Shown here: positions 29,557 to 38,238 of the stretch, piece after piece | Position numbering within the stretch: the stretch's first letter is position 1 | Layout of the letters: each line of letters starts with the position of its first letter | DNA from: an archaeon | Lineage (GTDB): Archaea; Nanobdellota; Nanobdellia; Woesearchaeales; UBA9642 | NCBI GenBank assembly: GCA_020057295.1 | Contig: JAGVGF010000001.1 | Location: forward strand, 121,468 to 185,467 | Length of the DNA stretch: 64,000 nt | Direction of reading: 5' to 3' | Notes under the pieces: generated by a model | Told to the model about the DNA's origin: nothing | The model's input: the letters and a program-made list of their open reading frames with translations, nothing else | The model's database searches: none | Position numbers and translations under genes: made by a program

Positions 29557-29612
29557 ACCCGCGGTCTCCCGGTCCGAAGCCGGGCGTTTTATCCAAACTA
29601 AACTAAGTGCCC
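29538..29612 (-). tRNA. tRNA-Arg (anticodon UCG)
   Basis: Reverse complement: GGGCACT TA GTTT AGTTTGGATA AAAC G CCCGG CTTCGGA CCGGG AGACC GCGGG TTCAAAT CCTGC AGTGCTC A. It forms a full cloverleaf. Confidence 0.85.
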
Positions 29613-29670
29613 ATTCTAACAATATAGATATATCTATAGTTTAAATAATTGTTGTTTCCAAAGAAAAAAC

Positions 29671-29982
29671 TTAGTTTACTTTTTCTAAGATTATTTCTAT
29701 TGTTGAAACTCGTACGTCTCGTCCTTCCTTATTTTTGAAATCTTCAGAATTTGTTTTGATTTCTCTTACACGTACGCTTCCTTTCAAAAATCTTTTAGTT
29801 GTTACTTCAGCAATATCTACTGCTTTACTTATAAATTTTCCACGAGCTTTTAAGAATACTTCATCTGCTCCTTTGGTTGTGAACTGCATTACTAGACTTG
29901 TTACATAGTTCATGAATGGTTTTGTTCCTACAAATACTGTATTATCCTTACCATCATTAATGTCCATGCTGTCGTCTTCCAT
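29671..29982 (-). CDS. albA: DNA/RNA-binding protein Alba
   Basis: NTVFVGTKPFMNYVTSLVMQF, FLKARGKFISKAVDIAEV and VSTIEIILEK match Alba. An AGGTGAT ribosome-binding site lies upstream. Confidence 0.9.
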   Translation of the reverse strand: MEDDSMDINDGKDNTVFVGTKPFMNYVTSLVMQFTTKGADEVFLKARGKFISKAVDIAEVTTKRFLKGSVRVREIKTNSEDFKNKEGRDVRVSTIEIILEKVN

Positions 29983-29989
29983 TTGGAAA

Positions 29990-30178
29990 TCACCTGCCAG
30001 TTTTCTTTAATCTAGTAGCATAACCAGCGATAATATTACGCATCTTTTTAGAACTAATTTGTGCCTTAGTGCCTAATATACGTTTATTATCGTCAAAAGT
30101 AGTGGTAAATTCGTCACCGTACTTCTCCATTAATTCTTCTGTAGTTCTCTTGATCAACATAGTTTTAATTCTGCCCAT
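29990..30178 (-). CDS. rps17e: 30S ribosomal protein S17e
   Basis: MGRIKTMLIKRTTEELMEKYGDEFTTTFDDNKR matches S17e. The start is set at the ATG after a GAGGT site. A TATA-like catttataaa lies at 30211-30220. Confidence 0.9.
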   Translation of the reverse strand: MGRIKTMLIKRTTEELMEKYGDEFTTTFDDNKRILGTKAQISSKKMRNIIAGYATRLKKTGR

Positions 30179-30339
30179 AATAAATACCTCAAATAGGAGG
30201 AACAAAATGTCATTTATAAATGTTACGCCGTAGGGTAATAGAAGGTTATTTACGCATATATCTTCTTTGGCGATAATGGCCGGTATGTTACTTTATAGTT
30301 AATATAAAGCCTTTTAAAGCCTTTATTCTCTCTAGTATT

Positions 30340-31638
30340 ATGTATCAATATATATCTACAGAAGACGTTCTTGGCATTATAATGGCTGCTGGCGATGGTA
30401 AAAGATTAATGCCATTAACAAAAGATAGAGCCAAACCTGCTGTTCCTATAGCTGGAAATTTAAGAATTATAGATTTTGTACTTACAAATTTTATAAGATC
30501 AGGCATTAAAAATATCTATATCACTGTATATTACAAATTCGATTCTTTAGCAGATCATATATACAAATATTGGAATTTTTTACCTAACGAATTAGATGAA
30601 TTTATAAAAATTATTCCTCCACAAAAACGCTTAGATGAAGATAAAAGTTATATTGCAACAGGAGTATCTATCCATCAAAATACACATTTAATACGCAAAC
30701 ATAAACCTAAACTTGTGGCAGTATTTGCGGGAGATCACGTATACTATATGGACATAAGACATATGATTACATATCATCAGGATAAAAATTCTGAAGCAAC
30801 AATTGCTGCAATTCCAATAAAGATTAGCGAAGCGCCAAGAGAACTTGATGGAAGATTATCTTACGGTGTTATTGTAACTAATGAGCATGGCAAAGTAATT
30901 GATTTCCAAGAAAAACCATTCACACCAATAGAAATTCCTAATAAGTCAGGATATTTTTGGGCATCAATGGGTAATTACATATTCAATAGCCAAACATTAA
31001 TAGATGCTGTTGATAAAGATCAAACTATAGAAAATTCTAGTAATGATTTTGGCAAAGACATACTTCCTAGAATGGTTAAGGAAGGTAAACAAGTTTATAT
31101 GTATGATTTTTCTAATAATGAAATTCCTGAAATGACGGAAGAAGAAAAAGCCAATAATAAAGGATTCTGGATGGACATAGGAGATGTTGATAAATATTAT
31201 GAAGCTAATATGATGCTTAGAAGTACATTACCAAAATTAAATTTATACAGTCACTGGTCTATACGCAAAGGTCCTACAAAAACAGTATTTTCTGATGAGT
31301 TAGAAGAAGATATTGAACATTTAAGGAGTATAAGAAGAGGAGAAGCTACTGATTCAATAATTGCTTTAGGCACAATAATTAGTGGCGGAACGGTGTTAAG
31401 ATCTGTACTTGGTTCTAATATTAAAATTCATAGTTATACCTCTGTTATTGATTCTGTAATATTTGATAACGTAAATATTGAAAGACATTGTAGAATTAAA
31501 AACACTATTATTGATAAGGATGTTATTATACCACCAAATACAGACATAGGATATGATTCAAAGAAAGATCAGGATAGAGGATTTTTTGTATCACCTAAAG
31601 GAATAGTGGTCGTGCCTAAAGGATACATCTTCCAATAA
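30340..31638 (+). CDS. glgC: Glucose-1-phosphate adenylyltransferase-like sugar nucleotidyltransferase
   Basis: The N-terminal motif AAGDGKRLMPLTKDRAKPAVPIAG is present. The C-terminus has left-handed beta-helix repeats (IDSVIFDNVNIERHCRIKNTIIDKDVII). Confidence 0.7.
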   Translation: MYQYISTEDVLGIIMAAGDGKRLMPLTKDRAKPAVPIAGNLRIIDFVLTNFIRSGIKNIYITVYYKFDSLADHIYKYWNFLPNELDEFIKIIPPQKRLDEDKSYIATGVSIHQNTHLIRKHKPKLVAVFAGDHVYYMDIRHMITYHQDKNSEATIAAIPIKISEAPRELDGRLSYGVIVTNEHGKVIDFQEKPFTPIEIPNKSGYFWASMGNYIFNSQTLIDAVDKDQTIENSSNDFGKDILPRMVKEGKQVYMYDFSNNEIPEMTEEEKANNKGFWMDIGDVDKYYEANMMLRSTLPKLNLYSHWSIRKGPTKTVFSDELEEDIEHLRSIRRGEATDSIIALGTIISGGTVLRSVLGSNIKIHSYTSVIDSVIFDNVNIERHCRIKNTIIDKDVIIPPNTDIGYDSKKDQDRGFFVSPKGIVVVPKGYIFQ

Positions 31639-31669
31639 AAATTCAGAATAAAAGTATAAAAATAAAAAA

Positions 31670-32923
31670 TTACCATTTAGCATATTTTATGCCATTTTCT
31701 TCTATACGCAACAACTGATTATACTTAGCGACTCGTTCTGTTCTGCATGGCGCTCCAAGTTTTATGTGCCCACATCCTAAACCTACAGCCAAATCAGCTA
31801 TGAATGTATCTTCAGTCTCTCCACTTCTATGACTAACCATGACAATCCATCCAGCCTTATATGCCATTTTTGCAGCATTAATTGCTTCAGTTACTGTACC
31901 GATTTGATTTACTTTTAACAATAATGCGGAACATAATTTTTTGTCTACAGCCATTTGTATACGTTCAGTATTACTTACAGTTAAATCGTCACCAATAACT
32001 CTTACCTTAGATTTTGATGCTTTCTCTGTAAATTTAGCCCAACTATCAAAATCATCCTGATCAAATACATCTTCAACAGTTACTATAGAATAAGTTTTTA
32101 ATAATCTTAAATAATATGCTATCATCTCATCTTTAGTATACTGCTTATCCATTACATAATATCCTTCCTTGTAGAATTCTGATGCTGCAGCATCTATTGC
32201 TATTTTTACCTTTCCTGAATATCCTGCCTTCTTTATTGCATCTGTTAATAAATCTAAAGCTTGCTCTGGAGTGCTTAATTGTGGTGCGAATCCCCCTTCA
32301 TCACCAACATTTGTCGCGCTTTTTCCGTATTTTTCTTCGATTAATTTTTTTAATGTTTGATAAACTTCAGCACACATTTGTACTGCTTCCTTAAAATTTT
32401 TAGCATATACTGGTGTAATCATAAATTCTTGAATTTTCAAGCTTGAACCAGCATGTTTACCACCATTAATAATATTAGAAAATGGTACTGGAATTGTGAA
32501 TTTTTTAGGATCAGTTCCTGTTATCTCTCCAATATATTCGTATAATTGTTTTTGTTTAACTTGGGCTGCAAGTCTACATACAGCCATGCTTACACCAAGG
32601 ATTGCATTAGCTCCTAATTTTGATTTGTTCTTTGTTCCATCTAAAGCTATGAGTGTATCATCAACGGCTTTTTGATCTAAAAACTCCATCCCAACAATTT
32701 TTTTGGCAATGACTTTGTTAACATTATCTACTGCTTTCATCACGGACTTTCCAAGATATTCTTTCTTTCCATCACGTAATTCTAATGCTTCATACTTTCC
32801 CGTGCTAGCACCACTTGGAACTATAGCTACAGTCTTTACAGAATTAAAGTATGCTTCAACTTCTATTGTAGGATTGCCCCTAGAATCTAAAACCTGTCTA
32901 GCGCACAATTTAGTAACCTTCAT
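31670..32923 (-). CDS. eno: Enolase
   Basis: ARQVLDSRGNPTIEVE, SHRSGETED and the overall length match enolase. The start is set at the ATG after a GAGGTG site. Confidence 0.95.
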   Translation of the reverse strand: MKVTKLCARQVLDSRGNPTIEVEAYFNSVKTVAIVPSGASTGKYEALELRDGKKEYLGKSVMKAVDNVNKVIAKKIVGMEFLDQKAVDDTLIALDGTKNKSKLGANAILGVSMAVCRLAAQVKQKQLYEYIGEITGTDPKKFTIPVPFSNIINGGKHAGSSLKIQEFMITPVYAKNFKEAVQMCAEVYQTLKKLIEEKYGKSATNVGDEGGFAPQLSTPEQALDLLTDAIKKAGYSGKVKIAIDAAASEFYKEGYYVMDKQYTKDEMIAYYLRLLKTYSIVTVEDVFDQDDFDSWAKFTEKASKSKVRVIGDDLTVSNTERIQMAVDKKLCSALLLKVNQIGTVTEAINAAKMAYKAGWIVMVSHRSGETEDTFIADLAVGLGCGHIKLGAPCRTERVAKYNQLLRIEENGIKYAKW

Positions 32924-32973
32924 ATTCACACCTCAGTTATAATATAAAAAGAAATTTAAAAAAGATAAAAAAT

Positions 32974-33480
32974 TTATTTGTTAGATTTTCCAGTTACTGA
33001 TATAATTACCTGTTCTGCTAATCTGCTTTGATCATTCATATAGGATAATTTTATTTCTCCTTTAACAACTTGAACATTAGCAAATGCTGAACAATTAGTT
33101 AATCTTATAGTAATACCAGAACCATCGGATATTGTTTGCGTGGCACTAGTACAAGTGACATCTCCTTGAGGACAAATATATCTTCCAGTACAATTGTTTA
33201 ATGGCGCTGTTAGTGTCATGTTAGCTGTATCATTGTATACATTTACAGGATATCCTAATCCATTAACTAAAGAAAACATTGCACTATTTGAAGTAAATAT
33301 TGGTTTACCAGGACATGCAAAACCGCTAGATGCTAAACACGTGTCTGGCGTAAATTTACTCGGGTTTAAAATACCGAAGTATGATAATGCTCCGATTGCA
33401 GCAAGAACAACTAAGATTGCCCAACCATAAGTCATCATAAACTCTAAAGCAGCTTGACCTTTAAAACTATTTTTCCTCAT
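32974..33480 (-). CDS. Type IV pilin-like protein, class III signal peptide (KG/QAALEF type), paralog A
   Basis: MRKNSFKG/QAALEFMMTYGWAILVVLAAIGALSYFG has Gln at +1 and Glu at +5 after the Gly. This resembles EppA-type archaeal pilins (Class_III signal). Confidence 0.65.
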   Translation of the reverse strand: MRKNSFKGQAALEFMMTYGWAILVVLAAIGALSYFGILNPSKFTPDTCLASSGFACPGKPIFTSNSAMFSLVNGLGYPVNVYNDTANMTLTAPLNNCTGRYICPQGDVTCTSATQTISDGSGITIRLTNCSAFANVQVVKGEIKLSYMNDQSRLAEQVIISVTGKSNK

Positions 33481-33508
33481 CAAAATTCACCTCAAATAAT
33501 ATTATAAT

Positions 33509-34036
33509 TTATTTTGCTTTACCTGTTACTGAAACAATTAAAGTTTCTACTAAACCACTTTGTGTATTAGTATAATTAAATAATACTTCTCCCTTAACAA
33601 CTTGAACCTTACTAAAATCACAAGCAGTTAAGTATGTAGTAATACCAGAACCATCATTAACAGCTTTAGTAGTAACAGTACTATTAGTACAACTAGCACC
33701 AGATGTAAAACCTTGATCACACATAATAGCATTACAATTAGTTAAAGTTTTATAAGCAATTTTTGTAGTATCTAAAGTTATTTGATAACCAAGACCATTA
33801 ACGACAGAAAAAGCTATAGTACCAGAGTTTTGAACAGTTGCTGAACCACCCATTATTGGTTTACCTGGACATGCAAAACCAGCACTTGCCAAACAAGTAT
33901 CTGGAGTAAATCTTGAAGGATTTAAAACACCGAAGTATGATAATGCTCCGATTGCAGCAAGAACAACTAAGATTGCCCAACCATAAGTCATCATAAACTC
34001 TAAAGCAGCTTGGCCTTTACTAGATTTATACATCAT
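33509..34036 (-). CDS. Type IV pilin-like protein, class III signal peptide (KG/QAALEF type), paralog B
   Basis: The N-terminus is MMYKSSKG/QAALEFMMTYGWAILVVLAAIGALSYFG. An 84-nt stretch is identical to paralog A. A TATA-like atttataaat lies at 34081-34090. Confidence 0.65.
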   Translation of the reverse strand: MMYKSSKGQAALEFMMTYGWAILVVLAAIGALSYFGVLNPSRFTPDTCLASAGFACPGKPIMGGSATVQNSGTIAFSVVNGLGYQITLDTTKIAYKTLTNCNAIMCDQGFTSGASCTNSTVTTKAVNDGSGITTYLTACDFSKVQVVKGEVLFNYTNTQSGLVETLIVSVTGKAK

Positions 34037-34161
34037 AAACAACACCTCTGAAAGTTAATAGAACACATCTTGGTAAAGACATTTATAAATATTTCGATTT
34101 TACGCATAAAAAACTCTATTAACGATTATCACTAAAAAATTAGAAAATTTGTTCTTTAAAA

Positions 34162-34515
34162 CTATTTCTTAGAAAAAAAGATTTTTTCACCGAGTTTCAT
34201 ATTATATTTTCGTATTGTTCCAGATTCTAACTCGACGAATTTTTTGACACTATGTTTTGAAGTATAATTTCTAAAAGGTTTTAAACCAATAACAGTCTCT
34301 ACTATTGCATTTTCTTCATCTAAGAACATTATATCTATAGGATAAAATACAAATAACATTGTTACCGGTATTCTCATAGGCAGATTGAATTCAAAAATCC
34401 GAGCAGTATCTTTTACAGCATCTCGTGTGCGAAATGTTAATCCTGTGCCTTGACTCCAAATATTTCTGCAATAAACAATTTTAGAAGCTATAATCTTTTT
34501 ATTATATATTAACAT
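34162..34515 (-). CDS. DUF192 (COG1430) family protein
   Basis: PIDIMFLDEENAIVE and the overall 117-aa size match DUF192. Confidence 0.6.
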   Translation of the reverse strand: MLIYNKKIIASKIVYCRNIWSQGTGLTFRTRDAVKDTARIFEFNLPMRIPVTMLFVFYPIDIMFLDEENAIVETVIGLKPFRNYTSKHSVKKFVELESGTIRKYNMKLGEKIFFSKK

Positions 34516-34516
34516 T

Positions 34517-35350
34517 TTATCCTATATAGTTTACATCTGAATATTTTTTGTATTTCGCTGAATCTTTATCACTGCCTGAATCTGTGTTTTGATTTTCTCC
34601 AGGATTATCTACTTTCTTTATTTCTTTATCTAACTTGTCTAGATTAATATTCAATTTATAATACTTATTTAGTATATATAATATATTCTTTGATCCTTTC
34701 AATCCTACGTATACTGGATGTCCAAATGTTTCTGCAAGTAAACAATATGCTTTAAGATTTTGTTTTCTTGCCATTCCTAATAATAATCCTGATATACCCA
34801 TTATTGGACCGACCATTCCATAAATTTTCGGTTCATAAACAAACTTCTGTTTTGTAAATGATTTTGTTATTTCTTGAACAAAATTTTTATCATTACCCGT
34901 AATATATATTTTAGGAGTTTCTGGAACAGTACTTAATCCTATCCCTCCAAGTGTAACTAAATGTTTTGTGTTAAATTCTTTTAATAATTGAATAATCATT
35001 TCACAAAAATTGTATGATGCATGCTCATTAACAGGCTGTACATCTCCTGTAAGAAATAAGTAATCCTGAGTTCCTATATGTTTATAGTATAATTCCATTT
35101 TTGGTAAATCTACTAAATTTTCTTCATTAACAAAAACGGAATTTGGAAGATTTTTTGAAAAGAACGACATTAGAAGTTTTGCCTTTGTTTCCTCAATCAA
35201 TATATCCATTGATATTTTGCCTACATTGCCAATACCAGGCATTCCCTCGATAATTATAGGATTAATAATTTTTTGGTTAGAATATTTAGTTATTTCCCAT
35301 TCATTGATGTGAATTATATTAACAGTTTTTGGTATAGAATTATTTTTCAT
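34517..35350 (-). CDS. PAC2-family proteasome assembly chaperone
   Basis: IIEGMPGIGNVGKISMDILIEE is a PAC2/COG1938 signature. The ORF-track start at 35356 is a TTG, so I use the ATG at 35350. Confidence 0.7.
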   Translation of the reverse strand: MKNNSIPKTVNIIHINEWEITKYSNQKIINPIIIEGMPGIGNVGKISMDILIEETKAKLLMSFFSKNLPNSVFVNEENLVDLPKMELYYKHIGTQDYLFLTGDVQPVNEHASYNFCEMIIQLLKEFNTKHLVTLGGIGLSTVPETPKIYITGNDKNFVQEITKSFTKQKFVYEPKIYGMVGPIMGISGLLLGMARKQNLKAYCLLAETFGHPVYVGLKGSKNILYILNKYYKLNINLDKLDKEIKKVDNPGENQNTDSGSDKDSAKYKKYSDVNYIG

Positions 35351-35504
35351 CTTCAATCATCTTCTTAGCTTCTCTACGATATTTGCCGTATTTGTCTTCT
35401 GGAGAATACTTTGGTGGTTTAGGTTCTATCCTATTTTGGCCGCAATCACACTGCTCTTTCATACTGTAACTTCCACATTTAGGGCATTTAAGAATATGTT
35501 TCAT
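35340..35504 (-). CDS. nop10: H/ACA RNP protein Nop10
   Basis: Below the ORF-track size cutoff. My translation is MKHILKCPKCGSYSMKEQCDCGQNRIEPKPPKYSPEDKYGKYRREAKKMIEDEK, which has a zinc ribbon plus the PxxFSPxDKY motif. It sits in the conserved position after aIF2-alpha and overlaps the PAC2 start by 11 nt. Confidence 0.8.
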   Translation of the reverse strand: MKHILKCPKCGSYSMKEQCDCGQNRIEPKPPKYSPEDKYGKYRREAKKMIEDEK

Positions 35505-35571
35505 GATACTTAGGAATTAATTAAATATATAAAATTTTTGTAAATATGATGGTATAAGAGTTATTCTAAAA

Positions 35572-36363
35572 TTAACTTGCTGTATCTACAGCAATGTTTT
35601 TTACACGCTCATATTCAACTTGAGCTTTATGTTTCTTCATATATGCTGCAATACTGTCTGATGCATCTTTTAACATTTTTTCTACTGTTTTATAATCCGT
35701 ACCCTTAACCATTATTCTATAACGTCCGCCACCAAGATATGATATTGTCATTCTATCTTTTATTACACTAGTAAGAGCGGTTCTTATGTCTTCAACACCA
35801 TTTTCTTCCCAACTAGATATAGTAACATCTCCTGCTACAATTATTTCTTTTGGCTTAATTTTTTCTCTAATAGTTTTTTCTAATGCTTCAGCAATATTTT
35901 TATCAAAATAGTCTGATAATGTAATATTATTATTTAAGAAGTCATCAAATGCTTGATGTATATAAAAATAATTTTCAAGTAATGGAACTGAGACTTTATC
36001 ATATAATATTTTAGCGTCAATCTTTAATAAATGTGCTGTCATTTCTATAATCTTTTCAGATTTTAATTCTTGTTTTACTTCATCATTTTTTTGTCTACGT
36101 TGACCCTCACTTACTCTTCGTAATGATAAGTCAATATATCCACGTTCTTGATTAACGTATAATACTTTACATACAATAACTTTTCCTTCAACAACATAAT
36201 CTCTAATATTTCTTATTCTACCAGGAGCTACTTCAGAAATTGTAATCATACCCTGTTTATCGTATTCTTGAATATTTACAAATATAGAATTGTGCTGAAT
36301 GTTAACTACATTACACATTACTAAGTCCGATTCTTCAGGAAATCCTGAACGTTTAATAAGCAT
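35572..36363 (-). CDS. eif2a: Translation initiation factor aIF2 alpha subunit
   Basis: It has an S1 domain (GMITISEVAPGRIRNIRDYVVEGKVIVCKVLYVNQERGYIDLSLRRV). It lies in rpl44e-rps27e-eif2a-nop10 synteny. Confidence 0.9.
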   Translation of the reverse strand: MLIKRSGFPEESDLVMCNVVNIQHNSIFVNIQEYDKQGMITISEVAPGRIRNIRDYVVEGKVIVCKVLYVNQERGYIDLSLRRVSEGQRRQKNDEVKQELKSEKIIEMTAHLLKIDAKILYDKVSVPLLENYFYIHQAFDDFLNNNITLSDYFDKNIAEALEKTIREKIKPKEIIVAGDVTISSWEENGVEDIRTALTSVIKDRMTISYLGGGRYRIMVKGTDYKTVEKMLKDASDSIAAYMKKHKAQVEYERVKNIAVDTAS

Positions 36364-36377
36364 GTTGTTACCAGAAT

Positions 36378-36563
36378 TTACTCTAGAACTTCTAATACTC
36401 TAGCTTTAATCTTTGCCTTTCCACCTGTTGGACTAGCAATTGTTCGACCACAAACTAGACAGTTAACTTCTGATGTTGCCTTACCAAATATTATCTGTTC
36501 ATTCTTACATTTAGGACATCTGACTTTGATGAACTTTGACACTGGCTCTCTAATAGCGACCAT
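36378..36563 (-). CDS. rps27e: 30S ribosomal protein S27e
   Basis: FIKVRCPKCKNEQIIFGKATSEVNCLVCGRTIASPTGGKA is the C4 zinc ribbon of S27e. Confidence 0.9.
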   Translation of the reverse strand: MVAIREPVSKFIKVRCPKCKNEQIIFGKATSEVNCLVCGRTIASPTGGKAKIKARVLEVLE

Positions 36564-36618
36564 TTTTTTTACCTCTCAAACATAAATTAATATTTTAAAG
36601 TGATATATTCTAATTTAT

Positions 36619-36936
36619 CTAGATTATTTCTACCTTTTTAGCTCTCTTACCTTGACTCTGAGTATGCTGCTTTCCGCAAGCTTTACAAGTATACCTGAAA
36701 TCTGTCTTCTTAGTTAATTTCTTACCCGACATCTTTCTAGAACCAACGGGTGGTCTTGAAAATCTACCTTGGTTACCTGAACCTCTCCATGCTCCTCTTA
36801 ATCTTAGTCTAGTATATGATGATCTGCTCTGCGTATGTACAGAACCGACACCCTTCTTTTTAGCCTGACTAACAGTATGTTCGGCATGTTTGTTACAATG
36901 TGGACAATGTCTCTTAATAGTCTTTGGAACTTTCAT
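36619..36936 (-). CDS. rpl44e: 50S ribosomal protein L44e (eL42)
   Basis: MKVPKTIKRHCPHCNKHAEHTVSQAKKKG and TCKACGKQHTQ match L44e. The start is moved to the ATG after a GAGGGT site. Confidence 0.9.
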   Translation of the reverse strand: MKVPKTIKRHCPHCNKHAEHTVSQAKKKGVGSVHTQSRSSYTRLRLRGAWRGSGNQGRFSRPPVGSRKMSGKKLTKKTDFRYTCKACGKQHTQSQGKRAKKVEII

Positions 36937-37099
36937 ATTACCCTCACAATAATAAAGATTATATCGAATATAAGGAATTTTAGGGTATTTATAAATATTT
37001 CTATATGTTTTTTTAAATATCAATCTAAAAATTAGCACGATTTGAGCTAATGTATAATAAAGTATTTAAATCGTTAAATTACCCTTCAATTAGAGCTTT

Positions 37100-38200
37100 A
37101 TGGATAAAATTAATTATAAGTCAAGAATTATTTCTTCAGAGCAGGCTAGGGAACATATTAAAGATGGCTATTTTGCTCTTGATCCTCATTGCCACACATC
37201 ATATTCGTATGACGTGCCTGATGCTGTACAAACTAATCCTGAAAATGTTATCAAAGTACAAAAAAATATTGGTTTAAGACCATTAGTATCAGATCATGAT
37301 ACATTGAATGGATATAATTATTTGAAACGTAAAGGATATTCTAAAATCATACCGGCTGTAGAATTAACATTTAGACCTAAAATTGCTAGGAAAGTAAATT
37401 TTAATGGCCCAATGCATACATTACACATAAATATTTTTGGATTAAATAATAATGATTTAGTATCATTAAAAGATATTGCACATAGAGGAGATTTAGACGA
37501 GTTAGTAAGATATCTAAAACATAATGATTTAGACTGGATGTATAATCATCCGTTCTGGCATGAAAAACATGAGCATTTGAATTGGCGTGTAATACCAGGA
37601 CTTGCAAAAAATTATTTTGATATTATAGAGTTAAATGGCACATTTTCTAGGAGTATGAATGATATAGCGTTAAGGATGGCTCAAAATTTGAATAAGGGAG
37701 TAATAGCCAGCAGCGATAGTCATACAGGAAAGCCAGGTATAGGATATGTTATCGCTGAAGGTAAAAATTTTAAGGAATTTTGGGAAAATGTTAAGAATAA
37801 AAAAATGTATGTTATGAGACGTGACATGGGTACATTAGATATTGTTAGAGAAGGATCATTAATGATTAGTCAGGCAGTTAATGCAAAAATCCGTCCTATA
37901 AATGAAAAAAAATTCACTCCATCAACAGATTTTAAACCATTCAATACTCTGATGCGATCATTGACTAGCGGTAGTTTAAAAAATAAATTAATCATAAAAA
38001 AAGTTATTCAAATGGTAATACAAAGTATAAATTATACGGCTGGACCGATATTGATTTGGAAATTTTACGTTAGTAAAGATGATAAGAATGCAGAATATAT
38101 TAGAAGAAGAATTGCATTATTAACACATAAAACTAATTTATCAAAATTAAATCATAAAAAGTATTCTACAAAAATAAGAAAAGATAATACTATATTATAA
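37100..38200 (+). CDS. PHP-domain metal-dependent phosphoesterase
   Basis: The N-terminal LDPHCHTSYSYD motif is present, with later SDHD and SSDSHTGKPG His and Asp clusters. Confidence 0.6.
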   Translation: MDKINYKSRIISSEQAREHIKDGYFALDPHCHTSYSYDVPDAVQTNPENVIKVQKNIGLRPLVSDHDTLNGYNYLKRKGYSKIIPAVELTFRPKIARKVNFNGPMHTLHINIFGLNNNDLVSLKDIAHRGDLDELVRYLKHNDLDWMYNHPFWHEKHEHLNWRVIPGLAKNYFDIIELNGTFSRSMNDIALRMAQNLNKGVIASSDSHTGKPGIGYVIAEGKNFKEFWENVKNKKMYVMRRDMGTLDIVREGSLMISQAVNAKIRPINEKKFTPSTDFKPFNTLMRSLTSGSLKNKLIIKKVIQMVIQSINYTAGPILIWKFYVSKDDKNAEYIRRRIALLTHKTNLSKLNHKKYSTKIRKDNTIL

Positions 38201-38238
38201 CAATATAGTAAAAAGAATAATAATGTTATTAGAAATAA

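Noticed and set aside
28791-29612. The tRNA fragment as an att-site duplication of tRNA-Arg, marking an integrated element.
   Set aside because: The T-arm and acceptor sequences differ (GTGGGGTTCAAATCCTCACGCGCTC versus GCGGGTTCAAATCCTGCAGTGCTC). They are therefore not direct repeats of one another. No matching full-length tRNA is present in the window.
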